The position numbers and the translations under genes were made by a program. A stretch of DNA of 64,000 nt from NCBI RefSeq assembly GCF_009914755.1, contig NC_060940.1. One strand, given 5' to 3'. Shown here piece by piece: positions 15,201 to 28,338 of this stretch. This DNA comes from the human T2T-CHM13v2.0 reference genome, Homo sapiens. The notes beneath the pieces were generated by a model. It was given only the letters and a program-made list of their open reading frames with translations. It was not told where the DNA came from and ran no database searches. Each line of letters begins with the position of its first letter. Within the stretch, counting starts at the first letter, position 1.

Positions 15201-16251
15201 TTCGAGTCCTTTCGATGATTCCATTCGATTCCACTCGATGATTTCATTCGAGTCCATTCGACACTTCCAATCGATTCCATTTGATGTTTCCATTCGATTC
15301 CAATTGATGATTCCATTCAATTCCATTCGATGATGATTCCGTACGATTCCATTCTGTGATGATTCCATGTGATTGCATTCAATGATGATTCCTTTCGATT
15401 GCATTCGATTATGATTCATTTCGTGTTCATTCTATGGTTCCACAGGTTTCCATTCGATGATGTTTCCATTCGTGTCCATTCCATTATTCCATTCTATTCC
15501 ATTTGAAGATGATTCCATTCGATTCCATTCATTGGTGATTCCACTCAATTCCATTCAATGATTCCATTCCATTTCTTTCAACAATGATTCCATTAGTTTC
15601 TATTCGATGATCCACTTGATTCCATTTGACGATGATTCCATTCGTGTCCATTCGATGATTCCATTTGATTCCATATGATGATGATTCCATTCGATTCCAT
15701 ACGATGATGATTCCATTCGAGTCCATTCAATGGTGATTCCATTCAATTCCATTCGATGATTCCTTTTGATTCCATTCAATGATGATGGCATTCGATTCCT
15801 TTCGATCATTCCCTTTGATTCCATTCAAAGGTGATTTCATTCAAGTCCATTCGATAATTGCATTCGATTCCATTCTATGATGATTCCATTCGAGTCCATT
15901 TGATGATTCCATTCAATTCAAGTCAATGATGATTCCATTCGATTCCACTCGATGATTCCATTGGATTCCATTCGATGATGATTCCATTCAAATCCATTCG
16001 ATAATTCAATTCAAGTCCATTCGATGATGATTCCAATCGAATCCATTCAAAGATTCCACTCAATTCCATTCGATGATGATTCCCTTAGATTCCATTCGAT
16101 GATTCCACTTGATTCCATTTACGATGATTCCATTCGATTCCATGTGATGATTCCATTCAATTCTATTCAATGATGTTTCCACTTGATTCCATTCGAACAT
16201 GATTGCCTTTGATTCCATTCAATGATTCCATACGGTTCCATTTGATGATGA
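12201..16251 (+). repeat. Shortened variant monomer (~4.05 kb) with ~1.8-kb non-canonical HSat2 segment
   Basis: Follows the monomer to ~12637, switches to sequence absent from normal units (TCTATTTATGTATTATATTCGTG...), and rejoins at ~14465 at the monomer position equivalent to ~4278 (GATGATTCCACTCG...GGAGTCCACTTAGTGAATCC). Confidence 0.88.
12638..14464 (+). repeat. Non-canonical HSat2 segment, copy A (~1.83 kb)
   Basis: Private k-mers TTCCTTGCAATGATTCCCTACG, GAGTCCAAACGATC, TCCGGTCG, TATGGCTATCG and GATCACTACATT were seen only here and at 53.2-55.1 kb. Confidence 0.87.
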
Positions 16252-19200
16252 TTCCATTCGAGTGCATTAGATGATTCCATTCGAGTCCATTCGATGATTC
16301 CATTCGATTCCATTCGATGTTGATTCTGTTCAAATCCATTCGATGATTCCACTCGATTCCATTCGATGACTCCATTTGATCCCATTCGATGATTTCCTTT
16401 GATTCCCTTTGATGATCATTCCATTTGATTCAATTCGGTGATTTCATTTGATTCCATTCAGTGATGTTTCCATTCAACTCCTTTCGATGATGATTCCATT
16501 CGACTCCATTCGATTATGATTTCATTCAATTCCATTCGATAATGATTCCCTTCAAGTCCATTCGATGATTCCATTCGATTCCATTCAACGATGATTTGAT
16601 TCTTGTCCATTCGATGATTCCATTTGATTCCATTTGATGATGATTCCATTCGAGTCCCTTTGATGATTCCATTCAATTCCATTCTCCGATGAATTCTTTT
16701 GAGCCCATTCAATGCTTCCACTCGATTCCATATGATGATGACTCCATTTGATGAAATTCCATGATGATTCCATTCGCTTGCATTCGATGATGATTCCACT
16801 TGAGTCCGTTAGAAGATTCTATTCAATTACATTCCATGACGATTCTGTTCGAGTCCATTTGATGATTCCATTAGACTCCATTTGACGATGATTCCATTCG
16901 ATGTTATTCGATGATGCTTCCATTCAACTCCATTCGATGTTTCCATTCGAGTTCATTCTATTATTCCATTAGATTCCATTCGATGATGATTCCATTCGAT
17001 TCCATTTGATGATTGCATTCTGTTTCATTTGATGATGATTCCATTCGAGTCCATTCGATGATTCCATTCGAGTCCATTTAATGAATCCATTGGTTTCAAT
17101 TCTATGATGATTACATTGGATTCCATTCGTTGAGGATTTCATTCGATTCCATTCAATGATGATTCCATTCAATTCCATTCAATGATTCCATTCAATTCCA
17201 TACGATGATGATTCCATTTGATTTGATTCGACAGTGAGCCATTCGATTCAATTCCATGATGATTCTATTTGATTCAATTGGTTGACATTTCCATTCGATT
17301 CCATTCGATGATGATTCCATTTGATTCCATTCAAAGATGATTCCATTCTAGCCAATTCAATCATTCCATTCGATTCTATTCAATGATGATTCCATTCATG
17401 TCGATTTGGTGATTCCATTTGACTTCATTTGATGATGATTCCTTTCAAGTTCATTAGATGATTCCATTCGATTCCATTTGATGATGATCCCATTCCAGTC
17501 CATTCAGTGATTCCACTCGTTTCCATTCCATGATGATTCCATTCCATTCCATTCAATGACTCCATTCGATTCCGTTTGATGATGATTTCATTCGAGTCCA
17601 TTTGATGATTCCATTTGATTCCATTCGATGATGATTACATTCGAGTCCATACGATGATTCCACTCAATTCCATATGATGATGATTCCATTCGATTCCATT
17701 CGATGATTCCATTCTATTCTATTCAATGGTGATTCCATTCGAGTACATTAGATGATTCCATTCGATTCCATTCAATGATGATTCTATTTGTGTCCCTTAG
17801 ATGGTTCCACATGATTCCATTTCATGATGATACTATTTGAGCCCATCCAATGATTCCCTTCGTATCCATTCGATGAGGATTCCATTCGATTCAATTCATT
17901 GGTGATTCTATTCAATTCAATTCTTTGATTCCATTCCATTCCATTCGACAATGATTCCATTCGATTTCTTTCGATGATTCCACTCGATTCCACTTGACAT
18001 TGATTCCATTCGATTCCATTCAATGATTCCGTTTGATTCCAGTGGATGATGATTGCCATCGATTCCATTCGATCACTCCATTCTATTCCATTTGATGATG
18101 ATTACATTCGATTCCATTTGATGATTCCATCTGATTCTATTCGAGGATTCCATTTGATTCCATTCGATGATGATTCCATTCGAGTGCATTCGATGATTTC
18201 ATTCGAGTACATCCAATGATTCCATTCGAGTCCATTTGATGATTCCATTTAATTCCATTTGATTATGATTCGACTAGAGTCCATTCAATGACTCCATTCG
18301 AATCCATTCAACAATTCCATTCGAGGCCATTCGATGATTCCATTTCATGATTCCATTCGAGTCCATTTAATCATTACAGTCGAGTCCATTTGGTGATTCC
18401 ACTGGATTTCTTTTGATAATGATACCATTCAATTACATTTGATGATGATCCCATTCAATTTCATTTGATGGTGATTCCATTAGAGTCCATTCGATGATTT
18501 CATTCGAGTCCCTTCAGTGATTCCATCCGATTTCATTTGAGGATGACTCCATTCGAGTCCATTCGATGATTCCACTCGATTCCATCAGATGGTTCCATTG
18601 GAGTCCATTTGATTGTTCCATTCGATTCTATTCAATTCCTTTCGAAGATTATTCCATTTGAGTCCATTCGATGATGATTCCATTCCATTCCATTCGATGA
18701 TTCCGTTTGATTCCATTCGATGATTCCCTTCGATTCCTTTCTTTGATGATTCCATTCCATTCCATTCAATGATTCCATTCGAATCTATTCCATGATGATT
18801 CCTTTCGATTCCATTCGCTGATGTTTCCGTTCAATTCCATTCGATGATGATTCCATTCGATTCCATTCATTGAGGATTCCATTTGATTCCATTCAATGAT
18901 GATTCCGTTCTATTCCATTCAATGATTGCATTCAATTCCATTCAATGATTATCCCCTTAGAGTAAACTCAACGATTCCATTAAATACCATTCGATGATGA
19001 TTCCTTTTGAGTCCATTCAATGATTTCATTCAAGTCCATTTGATGATTCCTTTCAATTCCATTCTATGATGATTCCATTCGAGTCCATTCGATGATTCCA
19101 TTCGATTGCATTCGATGATTCCATTATATTCCATTCAACAATGATTCCATTCGAGTCCATTCGATGATTCCATTAGAGTACATTTAATGATTGCTTTGTT

Positions 19201-22200
19201 TTCAATTCGAAGATGATTACATTGGATTCCATTCTATGATACCATTCGATTCCATTCAATGATGATTCCACTCAAATCCATTGGATGATTCCATTCGTGT
19301 CCATTCGGTGATTTCATTAGATTCCATTCGAGGATGATTCCATTCGATTCCATTCGATGATTCCATTCAATTCCATTCGAGGATGATTCCATTCCAGTCC
19401 ATATGATCATTCCATTTGATTTCATTCGATGATGATTCCATTCGATTCCATTCGATGATTCCATTCTATTCCATTCGATGATGATTCCATTCGAGTCCAT
19501 TCGATGATTCCATTCGAGTCCATTTAATGATTCCATTGGGTTCAATTCAATGATGATTACATTGGATTCCGTTCTATGATTCCATTCAATTCCGTTCATT
19601 GACAATTTGATTCCATTCGATGATGATTCCATTTGAGTTCATTCGATGATTCTATTCGATTCTCTTCGATGGTGATTCAATTCTATTATATTGGATGATT
19701 CCATTCGATTCCATTTGATGTTGATTCAATTCGATTCTATTCGATGATGATTCCATTGGATTTCACTTGATGATTCTATTCGATTCCATTCAATGATGAT
19801 TCACTTCTCGTCCATTGGATGATTCCATTTCATTCCATTCGATGATGATTCCATTCGATTCCATTCGATGATTCCATTTGATTCCATGCGTCGGTGAGCA
19901 ATTCGATTCAATTCCATGATGATTCTATTTGATTCAATTAGATGATGTTTCCATTCGAATCCATTCCATGATTATTCCATTGGAATCCATTCGGCGATGA
20001 TTCCATATGAGTCAATTCAATGATGATTCAATATGGGTCCGTTCGATGATAATTCCATTTGATTTCATTCGGTGCTTCTATTCAATTCCAGTCGATGATG
20101 ATTCCGTTGGAGTCCATACGATGATTCCATTTGATTTCATTTGATGATGATTCCATTCGATGATGATTACATTGGATTCCATTCTATGATTCCATTCAAT
20201 TCCATTCGTTGATGATTCGATTCCATTCAATGATGATTCCATTTGAGTTCATTCGATGATTCTATTCGATTCCGTTCGATGGTGATTCAATTCTCTTATA
20301 TTGGATGAATCCACTCGATTCCATTTGATGATTATTCCATTGGAGTCCACTTAGTGAATCCTTCAGATTCTACTCGAAGATGATTCCATTCAAGTCCATT
20401 CGATGATACCATTCAATTCCATTCGTTGATGCTTCCATTCAAGTGCATTCGATGATATCATTCGATTCCATTTGATGATAATTCCATTTGATTCCATGCG
20501 ATGATTCTATTCGATTCCATTCAATGATAATTCCATTCAGTTCAGTGATTCCTCTGGACTCCATTTGATGATGATTCCATTCAATGATTCCATTCGATTC
20601 TATTCGAAAGTGATTCCATTTGAATCCATTTGATGATGATTCCATTAGATTCCATTTGATGATTCCATTCGATTCCATGCGACGATGATTCCATTCGATT
20701 CCATGTGATGATTCCATTCTATTCTATTCGATGATGATTCCATTCGATTCCATTCGATGATGATTGGATTCGATTCCATTTGATGATATCATTTGATTCC
20801 ATTCGTTAATGATTTCGATCAATTCCATTCGATGATTCCATTCGATTCCATTCGATGATGATTGGATTTGATTCCATTTGATGATTTCATTTGATTCCAT
20901 TCGTTAATGATTTTGATCAATTCCATTCGATGATTCCATTCGATTCCATTCGATAATGATTACATCCGAGTCCATTCGATGATTCCATTTGAGCCTGTTC
21001 GATAATTCCTTTTGAGTCCAACCAATGATTCCATTCATTTCCATTCAATGATTCCATTCGAGTCCATTTGATCATTCCAGTAGGGTCCATTCGACGTTGA
21101 TTCCATTGGAGTGCATTCGATGATTCCATTCGAGTCCATTTTAGGATTTGATTCGAGTCCTTTCGATGATTCCATTCGATTCCACTCGATGATGATTTCA
21201 TTCGAGTCCATTCGACACTTCCAATCGATTCCATTTGATGTTTCCATTCGAGTCCAATTGATGATTCCATTCAATTCCATTCGATGATGATTCCGTACGA
21301 TTCCATTCTGTGATGATTCCATGTGATTGCATTCAATGATGATTCCTTTAGATTGCATTCGATTGTGATTCATTTCGTCTTCATTCTATGGTTCCACAGG
21401 TTTCCATTCGTGTCCATTCCATTATTCCATTCTATTCCATTTGATGATGATTCCATTCGATTCCATTCATTGGTGATTCCACTCAATTCCATTCAATGAT
21501 TCCATTCCATTACTTTCAACAATGATTCCATTAGTTTCTATTCGGTGATCCACTTGATTCCATTTGACGACGATTCCATTCGTGTCCATTCGATGATTCC
21601 ATTTGATTCCATATGATGATGATTCCATTCGATTCCATACGATGATGATTCCATTCGAGTCCATTCAATGGTGATTCCATTCAATTCCATTCGATGATTC
21701 CTTTCGATTCCATTCGATGATGATGGCATTCGATTCCTTTCAATCATTCCCTTTGATTCCATTCAAAGGTGATTTCATTCAAGTCCATTCGATAATTGCA
21801 TTCGATTCCATTCTATGATGATTCCATTCGAGTCCATTTGATGATTCCATTCAATTCAAGTCAATGATGATTCCATTCGATTCCATTCGATGATTCCATT
21901 GGATTCCATTCGATGATGATTCCATTCAAATCCATTCGATAATTCAATTCAAGTCCATTCGATGATGATTAAAATCGAATCCATTCAAAGATTCCATTCA
22001 GTTCCATTCGATGATTCCCTTAGATTCCATTCGATGATTCCACTTGATTTCATTTACGATGATTCCATTCGATTCCATGTGATGATTCCATTCAATTCTA
22101 TTCAATGCTGTTTCCATTTCTTTCCATTCGACCATGATTGCCTTTGATTCCATTCAATGACTCCATTCGGTTCCTTTTGATGATGATTCCGTTCGATTCC

Positions 22201-22226
22201 ATTTCATTATTCCATTTGATTCCATT
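16252..22226 (+). repeat. 6.1-kb monomer, divergent copy (~5.97 kb; 72, 23, 170 and 10-bp deletions, 98-bp duplication)
   Basis: Start landmark removed by a 72-bp deletion at ~16251. Remaining landmarks are collinear and the next landmark is at 22227. Confidence 0.87.
20764..20959 (+). repeat. 98-bp local tandem duplication
   Basis: TTGGATT...CGTTAATGATTT block at 20764 and again at 20862. ORF spacing is 98 bp longer than in canonical units. Confidence 0.85.
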
Positions 22227-25200
22227 GGATGAGTCCATTCGATTACATTCGATGATTATTCCATTCGAGTGCATTAGATGATTCCATTCGAGTCCATTCG
22301 ATGATTCCATTCGATTCCATTCGATGTTGATTCTGTTCAAATCCATTCGATGATTCCACTCGATTCCATTCGATGACTCCAGTTGATCCCATTCGATGAT
22401 TTCCTTTGATTCCCTTTGATGATCATTCCATTTGATTCAATTCGGTGATTTCATTTGATTCCATTCAGTGATGTTTCCATTCGACTCCATTCGATGATGA
22501 TTCCATTCGACTCCATTCGATTATGATTTCATTCAATTCCATTCGATAATGATTCCCTTCGAGTCCATTCGATGATTCCATTCGATTCCATTCAACGATG
22601 ATTTGATTCGTGTCCATTCGATGATTCCATTTGATTCCACTTGATGATGATTCCATTCGAGTCCATTTGATGATTCCATTCAATTCCATTCTCCGATGAT
22701 TTCTTTTGAGCCCATTCAATGCTTCCACTCGATTCCATATGATGATGACTCCATTCGATGAAATTCGATGATGATTCCATTCGCTTGCATTCGATGATGA
22801 TTCCACTTGAGTCCATTAGAAGATTCTATTCAATTACATTCCATGACGATTCCGTTCGAGTCCATTTGATGATTCCATTAGACTCCATTCGACGATGATT
22901 CCATTCGATGTTATTCGATGATTCCATTCGATCTCATTCGATGATGATTCCATTCAACTCCATTCGATGTTTCCATTCGAGTTCATTCTATTATTCCATT
23001 AGATTCCATTCGATGATGATTCCATTCGATTCCATTTGATGATTGCATTCTATTTCATTTGATGATGATTCCATTCGAGTCCACTCGATGATTCCATTCG
23101 AGTCCATTTAATGAATCCATTGGTTTCAATTCTATGATGATTACATTGGATTCCATTCGTTGATGATTTCATTCGGTTCCATTCAATGATGATTCCATTC
23201 AATTCCTTTCAATGTTTCCATTCAATTCCATACGATGATGATTCCATTTGATTTGATTCGACAGTGAGCCATTCGATTCAATTCCATGATGATTCTATTT
23301 GATTCCATTGGTTGACATTTCCATTCGATTCCATTCGATGATGATTCCCTTTGATTCCATTCAAAGATGATTCCATTCTAGCCCATTCAATCATTCCATT
23401 CGAATCTATTCAATGATGATTCCATTCATGTCGATTTGGTGATTCCATTTGACTTCATTTGATGATGATTCCTTTCAAGTTCATTAGATGATTCCATTCG
23501 ATTCCATTTGATGATGATCCCATTCGAGTCCATTCAGTGATTCCACTCGTTTCCATTCCATGATGATTCCATTCCATTCCATGCAATGATTCCATTCGAT
23601 TCCGTTTGATGATGATTTCATTCGAGTCCATTTGATGATTCCATTTGATTCCATTCGATGATGATTCCATTCGAGTCCATTCGATGATTCTATTCGAATC
23701 CATTTGATGATTTCTTTTGATTATAGTTGGTGATGATTCCATTGGAGTCCATTCAATGATTCCATTCGATTCCAATCGATGGTGATTCCATTAGAGTCCA
23801 TTTAATGATTCCATTTGATTCCAGTCTCTGATGATTACATTCGAGTCCATACGATGATTCCACTCAATTCCATATGATGATGATTCCATTCGATTCCATT
23901 CGATGATTCCATTCTATTCTATTCAATGGTGATTCCATTCGAGTACATTAGATGATTCCATTCGATTCCATTCAATGATGATTCTATTTGTGTCCCTTAG
24001 ATGATTCCACATGATTCCATTAGATGATGATACTATTTGAGCCCATCCAATGATTCCCTTCGATTCCATTCGATGAGGATTCCATTCGATTCAATTCATT
24101 GGTGATTCTATTCAATTCAATTCTTTGATTCCATTCCATTCCATTCGACAATGATTCCATTCGATTTCTTTCGATGATTCCACTCGATTCCACTTGACAT
24201 TGATTCCCTTCGATTCCATTCAATGATTCCATTTGATTCCAGTGGATGATGATTGCCATCGATTCCATTTGATCACTCCATTCTATTCCACTTGATGATG
24301 ATTACATTCGATTCCATTTGACGATTCCATCTGATTCTATTCGAGGATTCCATTTGATTCCATTCGATGATGATTCCATTCGAGTCCATTCGATGATATC
24401 ATTCGAATACATCCAATGATTCCATTCGAGTCCATTTGATGATTCCATTTGATTCCATTTGATAATGATTCTACTAGAGTCCATTCAATGACTCCATTGG
24501 AGTCCATTCAACAATTCCATTCGACTCCATTTGATGATTCCATTGGATTCCATTTGATGATTCCATTCGAGTCCATTTAATCATTACAGTCGAGTCCATT
24601 TGGTGATTCCACCGGATTTCTTTTGATAATGATACCATTCAATTACATTTGATGATGATCCCATTCAATTTCATTTGATGATGATTCCATTAGAGTCTAT
24701 TCGATGATTTCATTCGAGTCCCTTCATTGATTCCATCCGATTTCATTGGATGATGACTCCATTCGAGTCCATTCGATGATTCCACTCGATTCCATTAGAT
24801 GATTCCATTGGAGTCCATTTCATTGTTCCATTCGATTCCATTCGATTCCTTTCGAAGATTATTCCATTTGAGTCCATTCGATGATGATTCCATTCCATTC
24901 CATTCGATGATTCCGTTTGATTCCATTCGATGATTCCCTTCGATTCCTTTCTTTGATGATTCCATTCCATTCCATTCAATGATTCCATTCGAATCTATTT
25001 CATGATGATTCCTTTCGATTCCATTCGCTGATGTTTCCGTTCAATTCCATTCGATGATGATTCCATTCGATTCCATTCATTGAGGATTCCATTTGATTCC
25101 ATTCAATGATGATTCCGTTCTATTCCATTCAATGATTGCATTCAATTCCATTCAGTGATTATCCCCTTAGAGTAAACTCAACGATTCCATTCAATACCAT

Positions 25201-28200
25201 TCGATGATGATTCCTTTTGAGTCCATTCAATGATTTCATTCAAGTCCATTTGATGATTCCTTTCAATTCCATTCTATGATGATTCCATTCGAGTCCATTC
25301 GATGATTCCATTCGATTGCATTTGATGATTACATTATATTCCAGTCAACGATGATTCCATTCGAGTCCATTCGATGATTCCATTAGAGTACATTTAATGA
25401 TTGCTTTGTTTTCAATTCGAAGATGATTACATTGGATTCCATTCTATGATACCATTCGATTCCATTCAATGATGATTCCACTCAAATCCATTGGATGATT
25501 CCATTCGTGTCCATTCGGTGATTTCATTAGATTCCATTCGAGGATGATTCCATTCGATTCCATTCGATGATTCCATTCAATTCCATTCGAGGATGATTCT
25601 ATTCCAGTCCATATGATCATTCCATTTGATTTCATTCGATGATGATTCCATTCGATTCCATTCGATGATTCCATTCTATTCCATTCGATGATGATTCCAT
25701 TCGAGTCCATTCGATGATTCCATTCGAGTCCATTTAATGATTCCATTGGGTTCAATTCAATGATGATTACATTGGATTCCGTTCTATGATTCCATTCAAT
25801 TCCGTTCATTGACAATTTGATTCCATTCGATGATGATTCCATTTGAGTTCATTCGATGATTCTATTCGATTCTCTTCGATGGTGATTCAATTCTATTATA
25901 TTGGATGATTCCATTCGATTCCATTTGATGTTGATTCAATTCGATTCTATTCGATGATGATTCCATTGGATTTCACTTGATGATTCTATTCGATTCCATT
26001 CAATGATGATTCACTTCTCGTCCATTGGATGATTCCATTTCATTCCATTCGATGATGATTCCATTCGATTCCATTCGATGATTCCATTTGATTCCATGCG
26101 ACGGTGAGCAATTCGATTCAATTCCATGATGATTCTATTTGATTCAATTAGATGATGTTTCCATTCGAATCCATTCCATGATTATTCCATTGGAATCCAT
26201 TCGGCGATGATTCCATATGAGTCAATTCAATGATGATTCCATATGGGTCCGTTCGATGATAATTCCATTAGATTTCATTCGGTGCTTCTATTCAATTCCA
26301 GTCGATGATGATTCCGTTGGAGTCCATACGATGATTCCATTTGATTTCATTTGATGATGATTCCATTCGATGATGATTACATTGGATTCCATTCTATGAT
26401 TCCATTCAATTCCATTCGTTGATGATTCGATTCCATTCAATGATGATTCCATTTGAGTTCATTCGATGATTCTATTCGATTCCGTTCGATGGTGATTCAA
26501 TTCTCTTATATTGGATGAATCCACTCGATTCCATTTGATGATTATTCCATTGGAGTCCACTTAGTGAATCCTTCAGATTCTACTCGAAGATGATTCCATT
26601 CAAGTCCATTCGATGATACCATTCAATTCCATTCGTTGATGCTTCCATTCAAGTGCATTCGATGATATCATTCGATTCCATTTGATGATAATTCCATTTG
26701 ATTCCATGCGATGATTCTATTCGATTCCATTCAATGATAATTCCATTCAGTTCAGTGATTCCTCTGGACTCCATTTGATGATGATTCCATTCAATGATTC
26801 CATTCGATTCTATTCGAAAGTGATTCCATTTGAATCCATTTGATGATGATTCCATTAGATTCCATTTGATGATTCCATTCGATTCCATGCGACGATGATT
26901 CCATTCGATTCCATGTGATGATTCCATTCTATTCTATTCGATGATGATTCCATTCGATTCCATTCGATGATGATTGGATTCGATTCCATTTGATGATATC
27001 ATTTGATTCCATTCGTTAATGATTTCGATCAATTCCATTCGATGATTCCATTCGATTCCATTCGATAATGATTACATCCGTGTCCATTCAGTGATTCCAT
27101 TTGAGCCTGTTCGATAATTCCATTTGAGTCCAACCAATGATTCCATTCATTTCCATTCAATGATTCCATTCGAGTCCATTTGATCATTCCGGTAGGGTCC
27201 ATTCGATGTTGATTCCATTGGAGTGCATTCGATGATTCCATTCGAGTCCATTTTACGATTTGATTCGAGTCCTTTCGATGATTCCATTCGATTCCACTCG
27301 ATGATGATTTCATTCGAGTCCATTCGACACTTCCAATCGATTCCATTTGATGTTTCCATTCGAGTCCAATTGATGATTCCATTCAATTCCATTCGATGAT
27401 GATTCCGTACGATTCCATTCTGTGATGATTCCATGTGATTGCATTCAATGATGATTCCTTTAGATTGCATTCGATTGTGATTCATTTCGTCTTCATTCTA
27501 TGGTTCCACAGGTTTCCATTCGTGTCCATTCCATTATTCCATTCTATTCCATTTGATGATGATTCCATTCGATTCCATTCATTGGTGATTCCACTCAATT
27601 CCATTCAATGATTCCATTCCATTTCTTTCAACAATGATTCCATTAGTTTCTAATCGATGATCCACTTGATTCCATTTGACGACGATTCCATTCTTGTCCA
27701 TTCGATGATTCCATTTGATTCCATATGATGATGATTCCATTCGATTCCATACGATGATGATTCCATTCGAGTCCATTCAATGGTGATTCCATTCAATTCC
27801 ATTCGATGATTCCTTTCGATTCCATTCGATGATGATGGCATTCGATTCCTTTCAATCATTCCCTTTGATTGCATTCAAAGGTGATTTCATTCAAGTCCAT
27901 TCGATAATTGCATTCGATTCCATTCTATGATGATTCCATTCGAGTCCATTTGATGATTCCATTCAATTCAAGTCAATGATGATTCCATTCGATTCCATTC
28001 GATGATTCCATTGGATTCCATTCGATGATGATTCCATTCAAATCCATTCGATAATTCAATTCAAGTCCATTCGATGATGATTAAAATCGAATCCATTCAA
28101 AGATTCCATTCAGTTCCATTCGATGATTCCCTTAGATTCCATTCGATGATTCCACTTGATTTCATTTACGATGATTCCATTCGATTCCATGTGATGATTC

Positions 28201-28338
28201 CATTCAATTCTATTCAATGCTGTTTCCATTTGATTCCATTCGACCATGATTGCCTTTGATTCCATTCAATGACTCCATTCGGTTCCTTTTGATGATGATT
28301 CCGTTCGATTCCATTTCATTATTCCATTTGATTCCATT
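22227..28338 (+). repeat. 6.1-kb monomer (6112 bp)
   Basis: Landmarks at 22227 and 28339. ORF offsets are a constant 6112 (22465->28577, 25444->31556). Confidence 0.95.
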
